A stretch of DNA of 63,828 nucleotides, counting the filler. It is 7 parts of 7 records of this genome, joined end to end, with 100 filler letters (N's around TTAATTAATTAA, not from the genome) between each part and the next. Parts side by side here need not be neighbours in the genome. Positions count along the whole stretch, not along the records: positions 26,314 to 37,482 come from SRR31147125_9841; positions 37,583 to 44,727 come from SRR31147125_9850; 5 more parts are not named here. One strand, given 5' to 3'. Numbering within the stretch: position 1 is the stretch's first letter; every line of letters starts with the position of its first letter. Under the pieces are notes generated by a model that was not told the DNA's origin, ran no database searches, and saw only the letters and a program-made list of their open reading frames with translations. A program made the position numbers and the translations under genes. This document shows positions 32,059 through 41,870 of this stretch, one piece after another.

Positions 32059-34003
32059 ATGCCGGAACTGGCTGAATTAAGGGATTTCATGAAGCAGAGA
32101 GCCGAGGCCGACAGGCAGCGGCGTTCTGTTGAGGTCGAAGGGACTACCATGGAGGAAGCCCTTGCCCAGGCGACTATCGAGTTGGGTCTTCCCTTGCGAA
32201 AAATTGAGTATGAAGTTCTGGATAAGGGCAGCCCCGGTGTGATGGGAATCGGGCGGAAAAAAGTCAGACTTACGGCCTACGAGATTGTCGAAGAAGACAG
32301 CACCTTTATGGAAGACGGCGATTTTGATGTTGATCTCGATCTTGGTGATGATGTTAGACCGGTGGATATGGATGGAAGGGTCTATATTCGTTTCGCCCAT
32401 GAAGGGGTCATGATCAAGGTTCTCGCTCCGGTCGGCCAGGGAAAAAAGGTCACCGAGCGCTATGCTCAAGAGGTCATCCGTGAGCGGAACGTCCTCCATT
32501 ACGATAAAACCCTTGTTCATAAGGTTGTGAAAATTGCCGACGGAGAGTCGGTCAAAATTGCCGATTTTGATCATAACCCTGTCAATGATGCCCTTATGAC
32601 CGTCGATATCCGTGATCAGGATATGAGAGGTTATGTGACCATCAATCCTCCGACAGAGGGTGGAGCCGATATTTCCGCTGATTCTATTCTGGGACTTTTG
32701 AAAAGCAATGGGGTCATCCATGGTATCAATGAAAATATGGTTGGCGAGCTGGAGGATGATCCTGTCTATAATCAGCAGATTCTGGTCGCCGAAGGAACCC
32801 TTCCCATCCCCGGGCGGAATGCCAGGATAACATACAACTTCGACATGGACCGTGAACAGGTCAATCTTAAAGAGAAGAACGGAAGGGTGGATTTCAAAGA
32901 GATGAATCTCATCCAGAATGTTGTCGAGGGGCAGGTTCTTGCAAAGAAAATTCCCGCCGATGAAGGAACCCCCGGACGGACTGTCACCGGAAAACTTGTT
33001 CCCACAAAGCCCGGTTCCGATATTGATTTCGAGCTGGGCAAGAATGTGCGCCTTTCCGGTGATAAACTGACGGCCATCGCTGAAATCAACGGTCAGGTTA
33101 TTATTTTGGGTTCACGAATCAATGTGGAACCTGTTTATGTCGTTCAGGGAGATGTCAACCTGAAGACCGGAGGAAATGTCATCTTCCTCGGGACTGTTCT
33201 GGTCAAAGGGAGTGTTACCGATGGCTTTAAGGTGAAAGCTGCGGGTAATATCGAGGTTATGGGAAATGTCGGCAAGTGTGAACTGGATGCGGAAGGGGAT
33301 ATTATCGTGCACCAGGGGCTCAACGGCAAGGGTGAGGGTTTTATCCGGGCCGGCAGAGGAGTCTGGGCCAAGTTCATTGAGAACTCCCGTGTAGAATCGG
33401 GGGAGCTTGTCGTGGCATCCGACGGTATCATCAACTCCAACGTGGATTCCAATAAATTTATCATCTGTCAGGGAAAGCGGGCCACGATAGTCGGCGGTCA
33501 CCTCCGGGCGGCCGAAGAGATTAGAGCCAAGACCTTCGGCTCCCTTTCGGGTTCCGAAACCATTCTTGAGGTTGGATACGATCCGAAGAGCTCTGAGAGG
33601 ATGGCGGAACTGGAGAAACTGATTGCCGTCGCTTACGAGGAATATGATGATGTGGATCGGAATATCGGAACACTTGAAAACCTGAAAAAGGTGAAGAAAA
33701 AGCTCCCCGATGAAAAAGAAGAGTATCTGTTGGAGCTTATAGATAAACGGACCGATATTGAAACCGAGAGGGAGAAACTGGAAGAGGAGAAGGGAGAACT
33801 CAAGGAGTATCTCGATTCCCTCAAGCTGGTCGGTAAAATTTCCGCCTCCGGCAGGAGTTTATCCTGGAACAAGAGTGATTATCAAAGACGCGAGTCTGAA
33901 GATAAGGAATGAATTCAAGGCTTCGACCTTCATAAATGAAAATCATGAAATCAAGCCTGTGAAGTTTGAGGAGACCGACGAAGATTTCTCCAGGGAAAAA
34001 TAA
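32059..34003 (+). CDS. fapA: FapA/DUF342 family protein with Jag-like N-terminus; frameshift near the C-terminus
   Basis: EVEGTTMEEAL...EYEVLDKG (Jag_N-like), GRVDFKEMNLIQNV, VQGDVNLKTGGNVIF; the expected VYPGTRVII tail is in ORF 33758-34003, shift near 33855. Confidence 0.85.
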
Positions 34004-34326
34004 TGTCTGTCAGACCGATTGATTTACAGACCCTCTTCTCACATATGAATCAGGTCGGCCGTGAGCAGGCTCATGAGCGGAATGCCGCTGCCCTTCAGCA
34101 GGCTCAGCATGGGCAGGAGATGATCAAACACGCCGAAGAAGCGGACCACCATATCAATGAAACTGATAAAACCGAAGAGGGTCTTGAAGATATCAAGAAT
34201 GAATCTGAAGAGAACGCCTCCCCCGAAAATTCCGGTGACCGGAAAGAAGAAGAACAAAAAGAGGAAAAGAAACAGGATTTTTTTAAAGATCCGGATCTCG
34301 GACACAACATAGATATTACAGGATAA
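34003..34326 (+). CDS. Conserved hypothetical protein of flagellar clusters
   Basis: TAATG coupling with fapA; RPIDLQ N-terminus and DPDLGHNIDI C-terminus. Confidence 0.75.
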   Translation: MSVRPIDLQTLFSHMNQVGREQAHERNAAALQQAQHGQEMIKHAEEADHHINETDKTEEGLEDIKNESEENASPENSGDRKEEEQKEEKKQDFFKDPDLGHNIDITG

Positions 34327-34330
34327 ACAG

Positions 34331-35008
34331 GTGAACTGGATTCTCATTATACTTGGCTTGAATATTATCGCCATTGCCGTAATTTATATTCTCCTACGGA
34401 GACGCATAGACCGCGCCGTGCGGTCTACGGAGCTGCTATCCCAGATTGAGCTTGAGATAGATAAAATCGTGACCGAACTCAATTTGACCGCAGATCGGAA
34501 TGTAACTCTGATGGAGGATCGTATTCGGACAATGAATAATCTGCTGGAACTGGCCGATAAGAAACTCATTCTTTTAAGCCGGGCCACCGAGAGGAAAAGA
34601 GGTGATGAACCAGTCGTCTACTCCCGTCCCCGCATGCCGGTGCTGCAGGATTCGGGTATTCCTCAAGTCGAGGGTTCTTATCAAACCGCAGGTGCTTCAT
34701 CTGAGCCCCATGAGAATGTTTCTTCTCCTGTGCCCGAACCGCCTAACCCCCGGGAGATGGCCGTCCCCGCCGAAAACGTTTCCTTTTCCCCTTCGACGGG
34801 CCGGCAGGAGGATGCTCCGGTGAAGGTCGATTTTTCTGCATCCCGGCCGGTATTCAATCCTGAACCGCCCAAGACTTCAAAACAACTGGTTCTGGAGATG
34901 TCTGCGGCCGGTATAGATGCGAATGTAATTGCCTCGAAACTGAATATAACCCTGGGAGAGATAGAATTGATTCTGTCAATGAACCAGAGATCTGCTCCGG
35001 AGAGATAA
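34331..35008 (+). CDS. Membrane-anchored protein with C-terminal HTH-like motif (DUF6115 / SwrB-like)
   Basis: N-terminal TM, coiled coil, Pro-rich linker, IASKLNITLGEIELIL. Confidence 0.7.
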   Translation: MNWILIILGLNIIAIAVIYILLRRRIDRAVRSTELLSQIELEIDKIVTELNLTADRNVTLMEDRIRTMNNLLELADKKLILLSRATERKRGDEPVVYSRPRMPVLQDSGIPQVEGSYQTAGASSEPHENVSSPVPEPPNPREMAVPAENVSFSPSTGRQEDAPVKVDFSASRPVFNPEPPKTSKQLVLEMSAAGIDANVIASKLNITLGEIELILSMNQRSAPER

Positions 35009-35010
35009 TA

Positions 35011-37139
35011 ATGGACAATAAGCTTCTGATTAATTTTCTGCATGATACCGCAACCTTCCTGGATCGGCTGGGGTCCCAGCTTCTTCAGCTGGAGAGGGAA
35101 CCCGATAACGCCGAGATACTGGAGCAGTGTTTTCGTTCGGCTCATTCTCTGAAGTCCGAAGCATCCTATATGGATTATGAGGGTATGACCCAGGCCGCCC
35201 ATCGTCTGGAATCACAGCTGGAGCAGCTGCGGTCGGGCCATGAAAAGTTGTCAATGGAGATGCTCGAAGATATGCTGGGTCTCGTCGATACCCTGAAGAA
35301 GCAGAAACAGGTACTTGAGGCGGCAGTGAGTGAGTCTGAGCGGCTTCATAAAGAATCGGATGTGGTTGATGTATCGCCTGAAGGTGATCTTGAGGAGAAG
35401 CTTCAGGAAGTATCGGAGGTGATGGCTGAAGAGGACTTGGAGGAAGTGGCCGTAGAGGTTTTGGAAGAGATTTCCGGTGAGTCTGTAGAACCTCCTGCTT
35501 CCGATAGCGAGTTGGATGTTTCACCGGGGGATCCGATTTTTGAGGCCGCTGAATTACCTGATTCCATCAGCGGTCCACGGGTTACTCCGGTCCTGGACGA
35601 GGCCTCCGTTGCTGATGTTTCTGCAGATCGGCTAATGACCGTTCCTGTTGAACCTGTTTTCACCCTTAATGATTTTCAGAAATCGGTTTTGAGTGAGTCC
35701 CGGAAGAGAGGGGAGCTTTTCTACAGGCTGATTTGTGAAATTGATTCCGAGCAGCCTATGAAGTATGCCAAGGCATATCTGGTCGTAAACAACCTCGAAC
35801 TTATCGTAAATGTGGTCAATGTTTATCCTTCCATGGAGGACGTGGAGGCTGATTTTTCGGAACTGAACATTCTTTTCACCTCCGCTGTCAGTGAGGGGGA
35901 GATTTTCCGGGCAGTTAATGTTGATCAGGTTTCCCGGATTCAGCTTGCCGGCCTGAGGTATGAAGATGCCCTAGGCGGCGGAAAGGGGCAGAGTCCGGTC
36001 CTTACTCTGGAAACGGTCCCTGAGGGAGGCGAGGTTTCGACGCCTCAGGAAAACTCGGGAAGTCGCGAAGTCAGGATCGATCGGTCCAGTCTGGACGAAA
36101 TGGGAACCTACCTCGAGGAACTTCGGTTTCTTTTTCATGAAAATCCCGATTGCCGGGATGCGGGCCTGGAGCTTGTCAACAGCATGGACCGGATCCTATC
36201 GGATATCCGTATGCTTCCGGCAGGTGAACTTTTCGGAGGCTTCGCCAGACTGGTGCGGGATATGGCGAAAAAAGCGGGTAAAGAGATCCATTTCGAAGTG
36301 GACGGCTCTGATGTTCCCATGGACAGGAGACTCGCCCAGATGCTGATCGAACCTCTGACCCACCTTATCCGGAATTCCATCGATCATGGGATTGAACCTC
36401 CTGCCGATCGGGAGGGATTGGGTAAAAATCCGCGGGGCCAGATTGAGCTGAAAGTGGAACAGAGGGGGCGGGAGATCCTTGTCATCCTCTCTGACGATGG
36501 TCAGGGGATAAAACGGGCGGATGTTCTTAAACGGGCCGGGGCAATGGGAATCTACACAGGTGAGGAAAAAGAGCTGCTGCACTACCTCGTTCAGCCCGGA
36601 TTCTCCACTATGAGAGAAGCGACACCCCTTTCGGGCCGGGGAATGGGACTCGACCTGATCCAGCGAACCGTCCGGCAGAACGCAGGAGGGAAACTGTCTA
36701 TGATCACCCGAGAGGGGGCGGGAACCAGTTTTATCATCCTTCTGCCCCGGGAATACAATCCTGTGAAGCTTGTTCTCTTCAAGGCGGGTGGAAGTGTTTT
36801 TGCCGCCTCAACCAGGGAAAAGGGAGAGATTCATAATGTCGAAGCGGGAGATTTCACCAAGGACTCATCCGGCGGGCTCTTTCTCGAGGGGATTCCTGTG
36901 TATTCGGTGAACGGCAGACTCTTTATGACCGGACAGGCCCCCCTGAAAAGGTTGTTCTGAAGATAAACCACCTGGGTCGGGAAGCCTGGCTTCTTATCCA
37001 GGAAATCCTCTTCGAGCAGGACCTTTCGGAGGATCAGTTCAGACTGGGAAGGGAGGTCGCTCCCCACCATTTCGAAGTTTTTTCCGGGGAACGGAAGGCG
37101 GATTACACTTATCTTAATCCGTCTTTGTTCGTTTCCTGA
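35011..37139 (+). CDS. cheA: CheA-like chemotaxis histidine kinase with divergent C-terminus; frameshift
   Basis: Hpt FRSAHSLK, P2-like region, HLIRNSIDHGIE, DDGQGI, PGFST, SGRGMGLD; reading continues after the C6 run 36938-36943 as PEKVVLKINHLG...LNPSLFVS to TGA 37139. Confidence 0.82.
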
Positions 37140-37178
37140 AACAATCTTATCGATTATGACAGATTAGCAGATTTAACC

Positions 37179-37207
37179 TTGAGTTAAATTTCTTTAAATA
37201 TTATTCT
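37179..37207 (+). promoter_or_regulatory. Putative sigma70 promoter with overlapping palindrome
   Basis: TTGAGT-N17-TATTCT; ATTTAAC-N5-GTTAAAT (37171-37189) overlaps the -35. Confidence 0.45.
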
Positions 37208-37223
37208 AGAACCGGAGGCAAAA

Positions 37224-37406
37224 ATGACTGAAGAAAAATGCACAGGAAATCACAGCGACCATGTTTGTCAGATGATTGTCGGTAATAACAAGGACCTTGA
37301 AAAAATAACGGAAATGGTTAAGAACCCCAAATTTATATGTTTTAATTGTGCTCGGGTGGCTGAGAATAAGGATAATCTTTGTAACCCTATGCCTATCGAC
37401 GCATAG
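37224..37406 (+). CDS. Small Cys/His-rich putative metal-binding protein
   Basis: GGAGG RBS; C-x3-H-x2-H-x-C and CxxC-x10-C-x-P in 60 aa. Confidence 0.8.
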   Translation: MTEEKCTGNHSDHVCQMIVGNNKDLEKITEMVKNPKFICFNCARVAENKDNLCNPMPIDA

Positions 37407-37482
37407 AATTTATTAGTGCCCGAAAGCTTGTTGTAGACCGTTCTCGGTTTCATTGATGATATCTGAACATGCTCAAATACAT

Positions 37483-37582
37483 NNNNNNNNNNNNNNNNNN
37501 NNNNNNNNNNNNNNNNNNNNNNNNNNTTAATTAATTAANNNNNNNNNNNNNNNNNNNNNNNNNNNNNNNNNNNNNNNNNNNN
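37483..37582. other. Artificial contig linker
   Basis: N-run / TTAATTAATTAA / N-run. Confidence 0.98.
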
Positions 37583-37679
37583 CATTTTTTTTAGGATCTT
37601 CTCCTTTAAAGAGTTTGATAAGTGGCTCTAGGAAGCTTATGCCGAGCCAGTTGAAAGAGTTTAATATTTTTCGTCCCAT
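37583..37679 (-). CDS. N-terminus of the next gene, probably the nitrate ABC permease (3' truncated)
   Basis: ATG 37679 behind an A-rich leader; MGRKILNSFNWLGISFLEPLIKLFKGEDPKK open to the contig edge; product inferred from position only. Confidence 0.45.
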
Positions 37680-37714
37680 TTTTTACTATTTGAAGTTGGT
37701 TGTTATTTTTAATA

Positions 37715-37778
37715 AGTTGGTGAAAGGAAGGGTACACCATATTTCCGGATTGGTGTACCATCCTAAAATTCACCAACT
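37715..37778 (-). other. Long intergenic stem-loop after the binding-protein gene
   Basis: AGTTGGTGAA/TTCACCAACT, AGGA/TCCT and GGTACACCA/TGGTGTACC nested arms; no U-tract. Confidence 0.65.
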
Positions 37779-37806
37779 AAAAACAGCGAATTATTATGAA
37801 GAAGAA

Positions 37807-39189
37807 TTACATGTCTTTGTTACCAATCGCGAATTTTGTAAGGTATTCGTTTGGCTTTTTACCATCGAACTCAGTTCCGTCAATAAAATCGGAAGTGGGA
37901 GCTTTAAAACCATCTGTTTCCGGGATATCTGATGCAGGGATCTTTCCTTCTTCTACCAATAGCTTTGCTGCTTTCTCCCAAATTTCTGGTTTGTATACTT
38001 TCTGAGCAGTTTCAATAAACCATTTGTTTGTTTTGGGTTCTGGAATTTGTCCCCAACGGCGCATTTGTGTTAGAAACCAAACAGCATCAGAGTAAAATGG
38101 ATAAGTTGCGTTGTATCTGTAGAATACGTTGAAATCGGGTAGTGATCGTTTGTCGCCTTTTTCAAACTCAAATGTTCCGGTCATGGAGTTGGCAATTACT
38201 ACTGAGTCTGCTCCAACATAATCAGGCATTGAAAGAATTCCAACTGCTTCTGGACGATTTTGAGGTTCATCTAACCATTTCCCAGCTCGAATTAGAGCTT
38301 TGGTAACTGCAACTGCAGTATTCGGGTTTTCATCAATAAATTTTTGTGTCATTACAAAAACCTTTTCAGGGTTGTTCTTCCAGATTTCATAGTTTGTTAC
38401 TACAGGAACGCCGATTTGCTTGAATACGGCTTGCTGGTTCCACGGTTCGCCAACACAATATCCATAAATTGTTCCTGCTTCAAGTGTTGCTGGCATTTGC
38501 GGAGGAGGGGTAACTGATAGTAGTACATCGGCATCAACTTGACCCTGAATGTTATCTGCGGTATACATTCCCGGATGAATTCCAGCAGCAGCCAGCCAGT
38601 AACGGATTTCATAATTATGAGTTGAAACTGGAAAAACCATACCCATTTTAAAGGGTTTCCCATTTGACTTATATTCTGTGATAACTGGCTTAAGAGCATC
38701 AGCTTTTATCGGATGAATAGTTTTGCCATCTGCCCCAACAGGAACGTTGGCTTTCATTTTATCCCATATTGCATTGGATACTGTGATTCCATTCCCGTTT
38801 AAATCCATAGAAAAGGGAGTTACCAAGTTGGCTTGACGGCCAAAACCACAATTAGCTGCAATTGGCTGTCCTGCTAGCATGTGCGATCCGTCTAGTTCAC
38901 CATCAATAACTCGGTCAAGTACGTTCTTCCAGTTCGATTGTGCTTCAATGGTTACAAACAAACCTTCTTCTTCAAAATAACCCAACTCTTTAGCAATCGC
39001 TAGTGGAGCCATATCGGTGAGCTTTATGAATCCAAATGTTAGCTGAGGTTTTTCAATTTCCAAACTACTTGTTTGGCTTTCCGGAGTTGCAGTTTTGGAT
39101 TGCTTGGAACCAGAGCTGCCACAGGCATATAAGAGAATTGCCATTGCAGCAATCATCCATAAGGTTTTAAATTTTTTGTAATTTATCAT
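37807..39189 (-). CDS. nrtA: CmpA/NrtA-family nitrate ABC transporter substrate-binding lipoprotein
   Basis: Lipobox [49 protein letters not shown]. Confidence 0.92.
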   Translation of the reverse strand: MINYKKFKTLWMIAAMAILLYACGSSGSKQSKTATPESQTSSLEIEKPQLTFGFIKLTDMAPLAIAKELGYFEEEGLFVTIEAQSNWKNVLDRVIDGELDGSHMLAGQPIAANCGFGRQANLVTPFSMDLNGNGITVSNAIWDKMKANVPVGADGKTIHPIKADALKPVITEYKSNGKPFKMGMVFPVSTHNYEIRYWLAAAGIHPGMYTADNIQGQVDADVLLSVTPPPQMPATLEAGTIYGYCVGEPWNQQAVFKQIGVPVVTNYEIWKNNPEKVFVMTQKFIDENPNTAVAVTKALIRAGKWLDEPQNRPEAVGILSMPDYVGADSVVIANSMTGTFEFEKGDKRSLPDFNVFYRYNATYPFYSDAVWFLTQMRRWGQIPEPKTNKWFIETAQKVYKPEIWEKAAKLLVEEGKIPASDIPETDGFKAPTSDFIDGTEFDGKKPNEYLTKFAIGNKDM

Positions 39190-39220
39190 GATATTAATTT
39201 TTTACGGTTGAAAATGTGGG

Positions 39221-40571
39221 TTAGAGAAATTTTGGAGAGAATGCCAGCATGATCCACCCCCAGCTTTGCATATCGCTTATTTCAGCAGAAGGGTTTCCAA
39301 ATTTCAATTGTTTCATTGTATCTGTAATACCGAAAAGCTGAGAGTAACCTGCTTTAAATGTTAAGCCTTTTGCAAGTTTGTGAACAAGAACAAGATCAAG
39401 TTCTGTTCCCAAAGTTCCCTTTGTATGATTTTCCGGTTGATGAGTTTGTTCGTTCTTCAGCAGAGGCAAAATAATGTAGATGCCCAAGAAGGTTGGTGCG
39501 ATCAGATATTTTAAAGGCAGTTTTTAGATAAACATCCAATAAACCTGCACTTTTAGCATTTCCACCACCATGTCCATTTCCAACATAGAAGTAATCCATG
39601 AATCCGTAGAATTTATGATTTGTTCCATATTTAGGAGACCAACCTTCAACTTTTGCAGTAGACTCATCATCTCCACTAAGGAAGTCAACTCCAAGTAATG
39701 GTTTCCCTTTTATGCCAGTGTGTTGAATGTATGCATTCAACATAAATCCACTTAAATCGATGTTTTCATAATCGGATCCGGAATAAGTTTTCCCGGCAGC
39801 ACCACCTGTGTAAAAGAACTGACCTCCAACTTTAAGCTTTTCAAAAATGAAGTTTGGAACGATGCTGACTGTAATGTTGCTGTGGGTAACACTACTTGAA
39901 TCATTGGAGTTGTAGGTGTCATTTAATAAGGTAAATGAAATATCCCCTGACTCCATTGTTTTTTTGTAGTAAGCCATTAACTGAAGCTTTGGAAGTGGGA
40001 GGTTGAAGATTCGGGGATTTGCTCCTCCTCCATTTGTAGTTTGGTAATTGTTGTCAGTTAGTTTCGCTGGTTCAGGAGTTCCATCTCCATAACCTGTTTG
40101 ATTCCATGCTGCCATAAGATCAAATTGGTTTCCGGACTGATCTTTATACATATAGCGCACTGCGTCCAGCGCACGACCTTGCATAGCCCAGTCTAAACTA
40201 CCGAAAAGTCGATGATCATCATAAATTACCTCCTGACGACCCACTCTGAAAGTGGATTTTGTTGAGGCATAATATTCACCATATGCTTCATGGGCACTTA
40301 GTAATTGGTCGGACTTATTTATTTGTCCGGTTTCTCCCCAAATGCGCACATCTTGTATGGAGAGTTTAAAGCCAGTTTTTTCAGATTTATAACCGGCAAT
40401 TAACCGTGCACGGTGTTCGGTGAAAATAGCAGGATTCTGACCCGGAAGTATCGGTTTTTTAAATCCATTTCGAAGTTCTGTTCTCGGACGATATTGTCCT
40501 TCCAGAGAGAATTGTGCAAAAGTAGGTGCTGCACAAGTCACGAATAGTAATAATGTAAATAAGCTTTTCAT
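39221..40571 (-). CDS. Alginate-export-family outer-membrane porin; frameshift near the C-terminus
   Basis: Signal peptide; RPRTELRNG, QDVRIWG, VGRQE..YDDHRLFG..DW, YGTNHKFYGFMDYF; continues as LGTELDL...WGWIML in ORF 39221-39487 after the CCC run 39417-39419. Confidence 0.82.
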
Positions 40572-40703
40572 ACTTTTCTGATCTGTTTTGATTAATATCT
40601 CTCATTTTGATATGGTAAAAGTATGTTTGGATGGACAGCTATTTTATGGGATTATAAAGGATATGAAAGTCTTTTAATCATGTATTGTGAGGCTAAATGA
40701 TAT

Positions 40704-40728
40704 AAAAAAACCTGCTAAATTGCAGGTT
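40704..40728 (-). terminator. Rho-independent terminator after nirBD-crp
   Basis: Stem AACCTGC/GCAGGTT running into a T-tract on the minus strand. Confidence 0.65.
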
Positions 40729-40765
40729 GTGTGTGATAAGTTGAATGTTAATAGATGTTTAGGGA

Positions 40766-41479
40766 TTAACTCTGTATGAAGTAATGATGTTCGTCAATTT
40801 CTTTTTTTAATTGTTGAATATTTGAGATTCCAAGTTTTTTAGCATCGCTAACAATAAACTCTTCCTTTTTAAGAGAAGAGATTACACGGATCACTTGCTC
40901 TTCGGTAGTGCCAGCAAAATCTGCAATTTCTTTACGGCTTAAACGAACACTGAAGAAACCTTTCTTTTGACCAAATTTTCGATTAATGTATAGTAGGGCA
41001 TCAATGACTTTTTCACGAACTGTCATGTGGGCAAACTTTCTGACTTTTGTTTCGCTTCGGTTTAACTCTTCTGCATAAAACACCATAAAATCATAAGCCA
41101 GTTTTGGAAGTGTTAAAAGCATTTCTTTCATCACGCTCGATGTGAAGTTGCAAAGAATGCTGTCCTCTAAAGCTACTGCTCCAATCGGATAGTATTGCTG
41201 TGTATTAAAACCTCGCTGCCCAAGCATTTCCCCATCTGTAGCAAAACGAAGTATCTGTTCACGTCCGTTTATTCCAGTATTTAACACTTTTACTTTTCCT
41301 GAGTAAACAAAAAATATTCCATGAATTGGAGCTCCTTCAATAATAATACTCTGCGATTTTTTGCAAGATATTGTATTTTTATGTGCCAGAAATTCCAATG
41401 CTTTTTCATCTTTTGAAAACTTTTTTATTAGACATTTCGCATTTTGACAAGTTCCACATTCTACTCGCTTATTGATCAT
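40766..41479 (-). CDS. Crp/Fnr family transcriptional regulator with N-terminal Cys cluster
   Basis: CxxCx4C, cNMP-like domain (GKVKV...GREQILRF..GEMLG), HTH LSRKEIADFAGTTEEQVIRVIS. Confidence 0.92.
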   Translation of the reverse strand: MINKRVECGTCQNAKCLIKKFSKDEKALEFLAHKNTISCKKSQSIIIEGAPIHGIFFVYSGKVKVLNTGINGREQILRFATDGEMLGQRGFNTQQYYPIGAVALEDSILCNFTSSVMKEMLLTLPKLAYDFMVFYAEELNRSETKVRKFAHMTVREKVIDALLYINRKFGQKKGFFSVRLSRKEIADFAGTTEEQVIRVISSLKKEEFIVSDAKKLGISNIQQLKKEIDEHHYFIQS

Positions 41480-41510
41480 GGCATCTGTATTAGATATTTA
41501 AACACTGAGT

Positions 41511-41864
41511 TTATTCAATTCCAATAAACACAAAATTGTTTTCAATTTTTACCGGATAGGTTTTTAACTGATATTCTTCATCGGTAAGACACTTCCCATC
41601 TTCTAACGAGAACGTTTTTTTATGAAACGGACAAGCCACTTTTGGATGCCCTTCACTGTCTCCGGTTAATCCACGGGAGATCGCCATTTCCCCTTTGTGT
41701 GGGCATTTGTTTTGAGTGGCAAACCAACGTCCTTCGTTTGAGAAATTAAATACAGCAATTTGTTCGCCTTCAACTAAAACTGCAGCTCCTCCGTTTTCAG
41801 GAAATGCATCAACTCCTGCAGCTTGAATCCATTTCTTTACATTGATATTTTCTTTTACTTCCAT
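41511..41864 (-). CDS. nirD: Nitrite reductase (NADH) small subunit
   Basis: QIAVF, NKCPH, ISRGLTG, KVACPFHK. Confidence 0.93.
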   Translation of the reverse strand: MEVKENINVKKWIQAAGVDAFPENGGAAVLVEGEQIAVFNFSNEGRWFATQNKCPHKGEMAISRGLTGDSEGHPKVACPFHKKTFSLEDGKCLTDEEYQLKTYPVKIENNFVFIGIE

Positions 41865-41870
41865 AATTAA

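Noticed and set aside
28646-33501. Long antisense ORFs over flhF, flhG, fliA and fapA (up to 307 aa)
   Set aside because: Shadows of well-supported genes caused by codon bias; no motifs of their own.
37693-37800. Possible ANTAR (NasR/NasT) twin-hairpin in the nitrate cluster
   Set aside because: One long stem, not two short hexaloop hairpins, and no ANTAR protein on the fragment.
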